From Pyrodictium occultum (GTDB taxonomy: Archaea > Thermoproteota > Thermoprotei_A > Sulfolobales > Pyrodictiaceae): a stretch of DNA of 32,000 nucleotides. The position numbers were made by a program, and so were the translations under genes. The stretch lies in the NCBI RefSeq assembly GCF_001462395.1, contig NZ_LNTB01000002.1:60001-92000 (forward strand). Direction: 5' to 3'. Under the pieces are notes generated by a model that was not told where the DNA came from, did not search any database, and worked only from the letters and a program-made list of their open reading frames with translations. This document shows, one piece after another, positions 1 to 7,509 of the stretch (the first letter of the stretch is position 1; each line of letters starts with the position of its first letter).

Positions 1-3000
1 TCGTCATGGTACACCACGTACACAGTGCTGCCGGCGGGCGCGTAGATGGTGTTCGGGGCACCTATCTCGGCAGGGCTGCTGCTCAGCCTCACCGTGTACG
101 TGAACACGCCGGTGTTGGGCCCAGTCTCGATCAGGGTTATGGTCTTCCTCACGTTGATGGCGCTGCTGTACACGGTCACGTTAACCGTGTCGATAGCGTT
201 CGGGTCCTTGTTGGCGTCGAAGTCCTTCACTACTATAGTTAGCATGCTGTCGGGAGCCGGCTGCTCCGGCGTGAACTCTATAGTACCGTTCTCGGAGACC
301 ACGCTGGCAGTCTTGGTTATCACCTTCTGCTGGCCGTCAGCATCGACTAGGTCGGTGTAGGACACTATCACCGTGTCTACAGGGTTGACCAGGCTGTCGT
401 TGAGGCTCAGCGTGAACACGAAGGTGCCGTTCTCGCTGCCACCGGTCTCTGGGTACACGGTGCTCAGGTAGGGCTTTAGATCGCTGGTCTTACCGCTGGA
501 TACCGCCAGGTAGCCCCGTACGTAGCTCGCATTCATGCCTATGAGGTCTGGGTCGTAGATCACTATCTTCACCGTGCCGAACGGGCTGACCTTCTCCGGC
601 GTCACCGTCAGCTCCGCGGTGTGGCTGCGCACCATGAAGCTGCCGCTAGTGGTCGCGGTGTACACCTTGCCGGATATGCTGCCAGCGCTGACCGGGTCGG
701 TGTAGCTCAGGGTTATTGCCTTGCCTATGAGGCTGCTGCACTCCACGTTCAGCTTGCTTGCTATCAGCCTTAGCAGCTCCTGGGCGGGCATGGTTAGCTG
801 GAACTTGCCCTCAGCCACCTCATTGAAGCTGGCCCCGGCGGCGCTCTCCAGGTCGGCCACAGTTATGCTGGCGGTTGCCACGGTGCAGCCCTGGAAGCTC
901 ACGCCGAAGGTTAGATCGCTCGGCAGCTTGTCGTTGCCGGCGCCGGGTATAGTGTCTAGGTCGGGCTCGTAGAGCGTTATCGTCACGCTGTCGCTCAGCT
1001 TATCAGCCACCGTGGGCTGGAGCGTCAGCTCGGCGGTGCTCGGGTTCTTCACCGGCAGCTCTACGGTCACGTTCTTGTCCACGCTTGTATCGTTGTACAT
1101 TATCACTAGCTTGCCGTAGGGCAGGTCGCTCAGCTGCAGCGTTATGCTCTTACCGCCGAGGGTTATCTCAACGCTGCCATTGCTGTAGAAGGTTATGCTT
1201 AGCGTGCCCTTGAAGTCACCGGTGTCTATGTCGGTCTCCGGCAGCTTTACCTCCTGTATGCTCGCCGGGCTCGTCTGCCCGTACTTCAGGAAGTAGAAGT
1301 AGAGTGTAGCGTTCTCAACCTTTGCTGGGTCGGTGTTAGCGTCGCTGTCCTTAACCTCTACTGTGTAAGTTATGCTCACGTTTGCGCCTTTGGCGGCCGC
1401 TATCGGTATCTTGCTTATGGCTATCTCCTGGCCGTTAGCCACCGCGTAGACCTTGACCTTGCCCTCTATAGCTTGTATGGCTATGGTGCTGTTGTACCAC
1501 CTGCTGTTTAGCGTGTCCTTGAAGTCCACCTCTATCTTGTCGTTGTTCTTTAGGTCTAGGTTGCGCAGGTAGAGCGGTATCTTGTAGGTGCCGGTGTCGG
1601 CGCCGGTCTCGTAGAACGTCTTGATCACGAACACCCTGTTCAGCTCAGTGCTGTTTAGCGTGTTGCCATTCTTCTTCACGTATATCTCTGCTACCGTTAT
1701 GCCGTTGGGGCTGCCGTAGTGCAGCACCGCGTGGTCGCCAGCTATCTTCATGTAGAGGGTCTCGTTAGCGCTGGGGTTGAGGTTGAGGTTGCCGCTGATC
1801 ACCTTCATTGTTACTGCCTGGAGCGGGCCAGCGGTGCTGGGCAGGCTCACAGTGGTCGGGTAGAACTCCAGCGCAGCCGTCTTACTCCTGTCTACGGGGG
1901 TGCCCTGCACCGAGTACTTGTCGTGGTAGGTCACCACTATCTTCGCCACACTGCTGTTCACGTAGATCACGCCGTTAGAGGTATCTATGCCGGCGTTCCC
2001 ACTGCTGCTGGGCAGCATCACCTTGAGGGATGCCGTGAACTCGCCGGCGGTGCCCGTGGGCTCAAGCTGCACAGTCGCGGTAGCGATATTGTTGCCGCTG
2101 CTGTCCACCAGTGCCACGTCAACGCTCGGGCTGTAGGCGTCGATGTCGGTGAGGGTTATCGTGAAGGCCTCACCGGGCTTCACGCTGCTGGGTATGCTGA
2201 GCGCGCCGGTCTGCAGCTTTATGAACGCGTCCACCTCAAAGCTGCCGCTGCCGGCCCCGCTGCCCTCGGTGAAGCTTATCGATACCGGGGCGTCGTTCAC
2301 AGCGTAGGTGCCGGCTATGAACTCGTAGCTGGGCACATCGTCCCTGCCGGGCATGTAGAGCTTGAACGTCAGCGCGCTACCCTCCTGGTAGACCTCTCGT
2401 ATGAACGTGTACTGCTCCGGCGTGTAGGTCACGTTGATTTCCTTGTAGTTAGGATCGCTTTCATACCTGGTATGGCCCTCGAAGCTGTTTATGTTGGTCG
2501 ACACGTTTGCGGGCACTATGGTTACGCGTACACATTTTATGATAACGTTGGTGTTGCCGGGGTCTACCTTGGTCCAGTTGAATATCTGGAAGCTGGACCT
2601 ATCGCTAGTGAGTACCGCGAATACCGAGCGGTTGTACCAGCTAGTACCATTGTAGGCGGCTATGCCTAGCTCCACGAATATGGTAGCGTCCTGCGGCACT
2701 TCGTTGGCCGTTAGGCTCAGAGTTGCCCAGTTATTGGTTGTGTTTATATAGAGCTGGGCGATTATGTTCACGCTGCTTATGTTGGTGGCGCCGGCCTCGA
2801 GGGCGGCTGCCTTCATAGCAGGGGTGCCGTCGCTGGCTAGGTTGAATACCTGGACACTGGTATTGCTGGTGAGAACCTTGTTAGCGTTGGAATTCACGTA
2901 GGTTAGCGTGTTGGCGGCTGTGGGGTTGGCCAGCAGTGTTGGGTCGTCTACACTGAACTCTACTACCTTCTCGGGGGCCGTGTATAGGTACCCCTGGGTT

Positions 3001-3671
3001 AGCAGCCTGGCCTTGCTAGGCCCTATGTTTATCCTCACTGTCTGGCTGCCCAGGTCGCCGGCCTCTATCTTGACCTCTATGTAGGCAGTGTTAGCGCTTG
3101 GGCTGAGGGCGTTGACTATCGGCCAGGCGCTAGCTATGTTGGCCGATGTGAAGTTGTATTTGTTGCCGTTGGTATCCTGCATGTTTGTTATGTTCTGTAC
3201 GGCCTTACCCTCTAGAGCTATCACGGGGCTGACCCTGGAGAGGGCGTCTGCCAGGCTGCCAGCGGTGTAGATGTTTATGCCCAGCTCGCTCATATTGTAT
3301 ATCTTCGAGGCCGTGCCTATGGTGGTGCTGCTAGTGTTGGTGTAGTTCCAGGGGAAGACCCTTTTCTCGAAGGTCTTGTTGAGGGCTATGAATACGTGCC
3401 ACTCGTTGCCGCCGGCGTAGCCTGCTAGGAGGAGGTAGGGCTCCCTTGCGAGCGCGTTGCCGTTAGCGTCGTAGGGTGTGACCGATACTGCTAGCGGGTG
3501 GTCGCTGGGGACGCCCTCCACCTTGATTAACAATATGTTGTAGTTGAGGTATGGCGCTGGCACGACCTCGACTGTGAAGCTCTGGGCTGCCGCCTTGGTC
3601 GCTGCTAGCGGGGACAGTATGGGGGCTAGTATCAGGGCCATGGCTATGAGGGAGGCTATGCGCGTGTTCAT
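1..3671 (-). CDS. Large secreted S-layer-like surface glycoprotein (N-terminal 1223 codons; C-terminus lies beyond position 1)
   Basis: Absent from the ORF track because it has no stop inside the window. Reverse-strand ATG at 3671-3669. My hand translation stays open down to position 3 (..STVYVVYHD). It begins MNTRIASLIAMALILAPILSPLAATKAAAQSF (signal-peptide-like) and is Thr/Ser/Asn/Val-rich with very few Cys. I counted about 28 N-x-S/T sequons. Recurring beta-module motifs: TITLTDIDA, VTITLYEPDLD, VKIVIYDPDL, LTIVVKDFDANKDPNAIDTVNVTVYS..LIETGPNTGVFTYTV. Confidence 0.75.
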   Translation of the reverse strand, partial: MNTRIASLIAMALILAPILSPLAATKAAAQSFTVEVVPAPYLNYNILLIKVEGVPSDHPLAVSVTPYDANGNALAREPYLLLAGYAGGNEWHVFIALNKTFEKRVFPWNYTNTSSTTIGTASKIYNMSELGINIYTAGSLADALSRVSPVIALEGKAVQNITNMQDTNGNKYNFTSANIASAWPIVNALSPSANTAYIEVKIEAGDLGSQTVRINIGPSKARLLTQGYLYTAPEKVVEFSVDDPTLLANPTAANTLTYVNSNANKVLTSNTSVQVFNLASDGTPAMKAAALEAGATNISSVNIIAQLYINTTNNWATLSLTANEVPQDATIFVELGIAAYNGTSWYNRSVFAVLTSDRSSFQIFNWTKVDPGNTNVIIKCVRVTIVPANVSTNINSFEGHTRYESDPNYKEINVTYTPEQYTFIREVYQEGSALTFKLYMPGRDDVPSYEFIAGTYAVNDAPVSISFTEGSGAGSGSFEVDAFIKLQTGALSIPSSVKPGEAFTITLTDIDAYSPSVDVALVDSSGNNIATATVQLEPTGTAGEFTASLKVMLPSSSGNAGIDTSNGVIYVNSSVAKIVVTYHDKYSVQGTPVDRSKTAALEFYPTTVSLPSTAGPLQAVTMKVISGNLNLNPSANETLYMKIAGDHAVLHYGSPNGITVAEIYVKKNGNTLNSTELNRVFVIKTFYETGADTGTYKIPLYLRNLDLKNNDKIEVDFKDTLNSRWYNSTIAIQAIEGKVKVYAVANGQEIAISKIPIAAAKGANVSITYTVEVKDSDANTDPAKVENATLYFYFLKYGQTSPASIQEVKLPETDIDTGDFKGTLSITFYSNGSVEITLGGKSITLQLSDLPYGKLVIMYNDTSVDKNVTVELPVKNPSTAELTLQPTVADKLSDSVTITLYEPDLDTIPGAGNDKLPSDLTFGVSFQGCTVATASITVADLESAAGASFNEVAEGKFQLTMPAQELLRLIASKLNVECSSLIGKAITLSYTDPVSAGSISGKVYTATTSGSFMVRSHTAELTVTPEKVSPFGTVKIVIYDPDLIGMNASYVRGYLAVSSGKTSDLKPYLSTVYPETGGSENGTFVFTLSLNDSLVNPVDTVIVSYTDLVDADGQQKVITKTASVVSENGTIEFTPEQPAPDSMLTIVVKDFDANKDPNAIDTVNVTVYSSAINVRKTITLIETGPNTGVFTYTVRLSSSPAEIGAPNTIYAPAGSTVYVVYHD

Positions 3672-3752
3672 GGTCTTGCCCCTCTATGGGCGCACCTCTT
3701 CCTAGCGCCGTCGCGTCTGGTAGGGGGTGCGGGTTTTTGGGGTGTATGGCTG

Positions 3753-3778
3753 CAGGTGTATACACTGGTATACACCTG
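3753..3778. promoter_or_regulatory. Perfect inverted repeat (11-bp arms, 4-nt spacer) upstream of the surface glycoprotein gene
   Basis: caggtgtatac-actg-gtatacacctg read directly from the sequence, 82-107 nt upstream of the ATG at 3671. Each arm contains a GTATAC core. Confidence 0.6.
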
Positions 3779-3796
3779 TGTGCTACGGGGCCCCAG

Positions 3797-3805
3797 GGTT
3801 TAAGG
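3797..3805 (-). promoter_or_regulatory. Candidate TATA box (CCTTAAACC on the minus strand) for the surface glycoprotein gene
   Basis: One of very few AT-rich elements in the GC-rich 3672-3924 spacer. It resembles the boxes at 20239-20248 (TCTTAAACCC) and 22764-22773 (CTTTTAACCC). Position only; no transcription start data. Confidence 0.3.
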
Positions 3806-3924
3806 AGGGGCCCAGCGGGCCCCGCGGGTGCGTGCACCTGGGCCGACGGAGCCCCGGAAGCGCTATCGAGGGGAGGATTCAAGGGGAAGGATCGGGGCGC
3901 GTGCCCCAGAGGCCGGGGAGGGGG

Positions 3925-5091
3925 CTAGCCTGCCGCGTGGCCGCCGCGGAGGAGGCGGCGGTAGAGGCGGAGGTGGCGGCGGGCCACCCGCCTCCACTCG
4001 GTGCGGGCCGCGTAGCTGTAGAGGAAGCTCATGTAGGTGACTACGGTCTCGTAGTGCCTCAGCGCCCAGCGGAGGAGCCGGGCGAGCGCCCCGGGGCTGC
4101 CGGGGGGCGTGGTGAGCCGGGGGGCGTACTGGTAGAGCTCCGCGAGCTTCGGCACCCGGGTGCCTATCACCGGCCTCATGCCCCCCAGGGCTAGGTGGAG
4201 CATGCCGCTCACGCTGTAGAACCGGGTGTGCCGGTAGGGGAGGAGCACCAGGTCCGCGGCCGCCAGCAGCATGAGGAGCTCCCGGTGCTCCAGGTACCTC
4301 TCAAGGAGGACGAGGTTGACAAGCCTCCCTATCTCCTCCAGCGTCCCGAGCAGCCCCCGGTCCCAGACCTCCCCCGCCACCACGAGGGTGGGGGCGGGGC
4401 CGCCCCCGCCGCCGAGGAGCCGGAGGGCCTCGAGGAGCGTGTCCAGCCCCTTGTCCCGCTTGAGGAACCCCGGCACCACCACGAGGGCGCCCCGGAGGCT
4501 CCCGAGCCCCAGGCGCTGGAGGAGCTGGTGCCGCGGGAGCCCAAGGTAGGGGTTGAACCGTGTGCCGTGGGGGATCCTGGCCAGCCTGGAGCCGGGCACC
4601 CCCTGGCTCCTCAGCTCGAACTCCTGGAGGGGGCTGTGGACCACCACAGCGTCCACGGGGCCCAGGCGGGACTGGAGCCCCAGAGCCTCCCTCTCCGGCG
4701 TGTAGGGGTGGTGGACCGTGTGCATGGTGAACACCACCCGGGCCGCCAGCCCCTCCTCCCGCGCCCGGAGCGCCGCCCGGAGGACGGCGTCGCTGTAGCC
4801 GTAGAGGCTGTAGTCGTGCTGCACGTGGAGCACGTCGACACCACCGGCCTCGGCCAGGGCGTCGGGGAGATCCTCGACACCCGCGCCGCTGCCCCGCTCG
4901 AAGAGGGGGACCACACGGGCCCCCGCGTAGTCGTTGACCCACGGCTCCCGGAGAGACCGGTCGGAGAACACGAGGACCTCGACGCCAGGGTCGACGGAGC
5001 GCAGAGCGGCGGCGAGCATCCTGGTGTACTCTCCTATCCCGCAGTGGGTCGGCGGGTAGCTGGAGACAATGCCGACCCTCACAGCCGGCAC
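3925..5091 (-). CDS. GT-B fold glycosyltransferase, family 4-like
   Basis: 388-aa ORF with a GTG start. N-terminus MPAVRVGIVSSYPPTHCGIGEYTRMLAAAL and C-terminal half VVVPGFLKRDKGLDTLLEAL..DLVLLPY are typical of group 1 glycosyltransferases. A canonical E-x7-E is not evident. Confidence 0.8.
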   Translation of the reverse strand: MPAVRVGIVSSYPPTHCGIGEYTRMLAAALRSVDPGVEVLVFSDRSLREPWVNDYAGARVVPLFERGSGAGVEDLPDALAEAGGVDVLHVQHDYSLYGYSDAVLRAALRAREEGLAARVVFTMHTVHHPYTPEREALGLQSRLGPVDAVVVHSPLQEFELRSQGVPGSRLARIPHGTRFNPYLGLPRHQLLQRLGLGSLRGALVVVPGFLKRDKGLDTLLEALRLLGGGGGPAPTLVVAGEVWDRGLLGTLEEIGRLVNLVLLERYLEHRELLMLLAAADLVLLPYRHTRFYSVSGMLHLALGGMRPVIGTRVPKLAELYQYAPRLTTPPGSPGALARLLRWALRHYETVVTYMSFLYSYAARTEWRRVARRHLRLYRRLLRGGHAAG

Positions 5092-5121
5092 CAGGGATTA
5101 CCTACGCCCGCCGGAGGCAAT

Positions 5122-5145
5122 CAGAGTTGCTCTCAGAGTTGCTCT
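5122..5145. repeat. 12-bp perfect tandem duplication (cagagttgctct x2)
   Basis: Read directly. It lies between the epimerase pseudogene stop (5172) and the GT4 start (5091). Each unit contains a small agag/ctct dyad. Confidence 0.9.
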
Positions 5146-5171
5146 AGAAGGGGCCCAAGCCCCCGGAGGGG

Positions 5172-5971
5172 CTACGCCCCCAGCTCCTCCATGAGGCTCC
5201 TGGCAGCGAGCCTCACCGCCTCCCCGCTGGTGTAGCGGGCTGCCAGCCCGTGTCCCCGGCCATCCTCGTTATGTCTAGGAGCATGGGCTCCACGTCCCCC
5301 GGGGCCAGCCCCGGCCGCCGGGGGTCGCCGGCCTGTACACGTGCTCCACGCCGGCCAGCCCCATCTCCTCCTCAACTATCCTGGCTATCTCCTCCACCGT
5401 TATCCAGCCCCTGTTCCCCACGTTGTAGACCCGGAGCGCGTCCCCGCCGCGTAGCAGCCCGTCGAGCGCCGCCATGGTGGCCTCCACCGCGTCGGCCACG
5501 TGGAGGTAGCTCTTCCTCTGGCTCCCGTCGCCCAGTATCTCGAGCCTCTGGGGGCTCTCCCTGAGCTTCACTATGAAGTCGTGGATGACGCCGTGCCTGA
5601 GCCGGGGGCCGACTATGTTGGCGTACCGCAGCACCAGGCCCTGGAGCCCGTAGAGCCCGGCGTAGACGCCCACCATGGTCTCCGCCGCGGCCTTGGTCGC
5701 GCCGTCTGTGCCTAACCTCGGGGTTGGCAGCGTAGTGGAGCACCACGTCAACGCCCCTAAACCCGTCCAGCCAGCCTCCCGGCTCCAGCAGGTCGGCCCT
5801 CACCAGCCTGAAGCCCCTCTCCCCGAGGAGCCCCCGGATGTTCTCCACGCGGCCCGTGGAGAAGTTGTCTATGCCGACCACGCTGCAGCCCTCCCCGAGG
5901 AGCCTCTCGGCCAGATGGCTCCCCGGGAACCCTGCCACACCGGTACCAGGGCCCTCAAGACCCCGGGTCAC
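5172..5971 (-). pseudogene. Decayed NAD-dependent epimerase/dehydratase (SDR family); internal deletion plus multiple frameshifts
   Basis: Homology to the intact paralog at 25631-26578 is spread over all three minus frames. The N-terminal part TGVAGFPGSHLAERLL..VDVVLHYAANPEVR is in the frame of ORF 5372-6079. It jumps at ~5715 to TDGATKAAAETMVGVYAGLYGLQGLVLRYANIVGPRLRHG.. in the frame of ORF 5275-5751. That jump skips about 60 codons, including the ASSSSVYGE segment and the Tyr of YxxxK. GWPGDV is restored only by removing one base in the C5G4 run at ~5296-5304. The tail RYTSGEAVRLAARSLMEELGA is in the frame of ORF 5172-5375. Confidence 0.7.
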
Positions 5972-6009
5972 CCTGCAGGGATGCCACGCCAAACCCGGGG
6001 GCCCGAGGG

Positions 6010-6038
6010 CCTTGCAGCTATACCTTGCAGCTATATAT
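6010..6038 (+). promoter_or_regulatory. 13-bp perfect tandem duplication (ccttgcagctata x2) ending in a TATATAT box; divergent promoter region
   Basis: Units at 6010-6022 and 6023-6035, followed by tat. The ctatatat box at 6031-6038 lies about 40 nt upstream of the ATG at 6078. A purine-rich AGGAGGAGG sits at 6059-6067. Confidence 0.45.
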
Positions 6039-6077
6039 CCCGGGGGGCCGGGGGCTGCAGGAGGAGGCCGGCCCCTC

Positions 6078-6815
6078 ATGGAGGCTGTAGCGGCTATCCT
6101 GGCTGGCGGGGAGGGCAGGAGGCTGAGACCCTACACCGACCTGATCCCCAAGCCCATGATACCGGTCGGCCCGGAGGAGAAGCCGGTCCTCGAGCACATA
6201 GTGGAGTGGATAGCCCGCCACGGGGTAAGAGACATAGTGCTCCTCGTAGGCTACAAGTGGCGCTACATCCGCAACTACTTCCGCGACGGGGCGGGCCTGG
6301 GGGCCAGGATACGCTACTCTGTCGACACCCCGGAGTACCGGGGCACGGGGGGCGCGCTCCTCCAGGCCTACCGCAGAGGCCTACTGAGAAACCCCACCCT
6401 CGTCTGGTACGGCGACATACTCGCAGCCCTAAACCCCCTAGACCTCCTAAAAACACACGAGGAGAAGAGGAGCCACGCAACCCTGGCAATCGCCACCCGC
6501 TACCAGGTGCCAGTCGGGGTAGCAGAGATGGGGGAGGACGGCAGGATAACAGGGCTGCGCGAGAAGCCAGAGCTAAGCATAAACGCCACCATAGGAATCC
6601 TGGCGGTAGACCCCAGCGTCCTAGACGAGGCCGAGCAGAAGCTGGGCAGAAACTTCGACATCATGGCGGGCCTGATCCCCTACATGATAGAGAGGGGCTA
6701 CAGGGTCTACGCATACATCTACAACGGGCCGTGGATAGACGTGGGGAGCATGGAGAGGTACGCAAAGCTGGACCCGGACAGGCTAGCCGAGATACTAAAC
6801 CCGGAGAACACCTAG
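6078..6815 (+). CDS. Sugar-1-phosphate nucleotidyltransferase (RmlA/GlmU N-domain-like)
   Basis: 245 aa from the ATG at 6078. MEAVAAILAGGEGRRLRPYTDLIPKPMIPVG carries the G-x-G-x-R-L nucleotidyltransferase signature. The track ORF starting at 5838 is an upstream extension across the divergent promoter. Confidence 0.85.
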   Translation: MEAVAAILAGGEGRRLRPYTDLIPKPMIPVGPEEKPVLEHIVEWIARHGVRDIVLLVGYKWRYIRNYFRDGAGLGARIRYSVDTPEYRGTGGALLQAYRRGLLRNPTLVWYGDILAALNPLDLLKTHEEKRSHATLAIATRYQVPVGVAEMGEDGRITGLREKPELSINATIGILAVDPSVLDEAEQKLGRNFDIMAGLIPYMIERGYRVYAYIYNGPWIDVGSMERYAKLDPDRLAEILNPENT

Positions 6816-6870
6816 CCGTGGAGCCCCGGCAGCCCCCGGGGAGCGGCTCTCGGAGGGATGACGGCTGTAG

Positions 6871-7509
6871 ATGGGAGCGGCTCTATGCCTGTTCGGCGCT
6901 GACGGCTCCGGGAAGACGAGCATCGCTAGGCGTGTTGCAGCATATCTGCGCGGCCGCGGGCTGCGGGTCAGCGTCGCCTGGGTTCGCGGCTCCCATACCC
7001 TCGCCTCCCTACTCGCTAGGATGCTCTCAAGGGCCTCTGCCTTCCGGGGTGCGTGTAACCCCTACTACCGGATCTGCATCCCCCCGGCTATGAGGAGGCT
7101 ATGGGTCTTCATAGAGTTTGCCTCCGTGCTTCCCGTCGTCTTGGCCAGGTTTGCCGCCCCCCGCCTCCTCGGGCGTGTGGTTGTTGCCGAGCGCTGCCCC
7201 CTAGACTTCCTGGTCTGGCTTGTGGTCACTCTGAGGGATACCAGTGTCGTGGGCAGCTTCTATGGGAGGTCCACTATATCCCTCTCGAGGCTCCTCTGTA
7301 GCCGCATCCTCTATGTACGTGCCGGCGTGGAGGCACTGCTCTCCAGGAGGAGGGGCTCCGGAGAGGAGCAGCTTATCCCTCTAGAGCTGCGGGTCTATGA
7401 CCGCCTGGCCGAGGCGCTGGGCGCCCCCCGCATAGACACCACTGGTAGGAGTGTAGACGAGTCATTCTCTGAAGCGCTGGAGGTGCTCGGCCTTAGCGGT
7501 GAACAGTGA
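6871..7509 (+). CDS. P-loop NTPase, thymidylate-kinase-like
   Basis: The N-terminal CLFGADGSGKTSIARRV matches the G-x-D-G-x-GKT P-loop typical of dTMP-kinase-like proteins. Size (212 aa) fits. The remainder diverges from canonical Tmk and has a hydrophobic stretch (LWVFIEFASVLPVVLA). Confidence 0.45.
   Translation: MGAALCLFGADGSGKTSIARRVAAYLRGRGLRVSVAWVRGSHTLASLLARMLSRASAFRGACNPYYRICIPPAMRRLWVFIEFASVLPVVLARFAAPRLLGRVVVAERCPLDFLVWLVVTLRDTSVVGSFYGRSTISLSRLLCSRILYVRAGVEALLSRRRGSGEEQLIPLELRVYDRLAEALGAPRIDTTGRSVDESFSEALEVLGLSGEQ

Noticed and set aside
1719-2669. 316-aa plus-strand ORF (and other short plus-strand ORFs between 6 and 3270)
   Set aside because: It is antisense to the long open minus-strand surface-protein frame. 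Its translation is H/G/A/V/R-rich with no recognisable motif, typical of antisense ORFs in GC-rich coding DNA.
3463-4194. Overlapping ORFs 3463-3882(-), 3686-3928(+), 3727-4194(+) and 3828-4040(+) in and around the spacer
   Set aside because: P/G/R-rich low-complexity translations that cross the surface-protein start, its promoter region and the GT4 3' end. No motifs, and they are mutually exclusive.
4380-4400. G-run cluster (gggtgggggcgggg) as a G-quadruplex
   Set aside because: It lies inside the GT4 coding region, antisense to the Gly/Pro-rich stretch LLGGGGGPAP. It has only three clean runs, so composition explains it.
4195-5235. 346-aa plus-strand ORF and several minus-strand alternative-frame ORFs inside the GT4 gene
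   Set aside because: They are antisense or out of frame relative to a gene with clear GT4 motifs. Their translations are Pro/Gly/Arg/Glu-rich low complexity.
5372-6079. Reading the 235-aa minus ORF as an intact gene starting at 6079
   Set aside because: Only residues from about 37 to about 120 resemble an SDR N-terminus. After NPEVR the frame turns into R/G-rich junk. The upstream extension crosses the promoter and overlaps the divergent ATG. It is treated as part of the pseudogene.
5675-7093. 472-aa plus-strand ORF, and the 5838-6077 N-terminal extension of the nucleotidyltransferase ORF
   Set aside because: They span the pseudogene, the divergent promoter and two real genes in a different frame, with R/P/G-rich junk translation. 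The nucleotidyltransferase motif begins right after the ATG at 6078.
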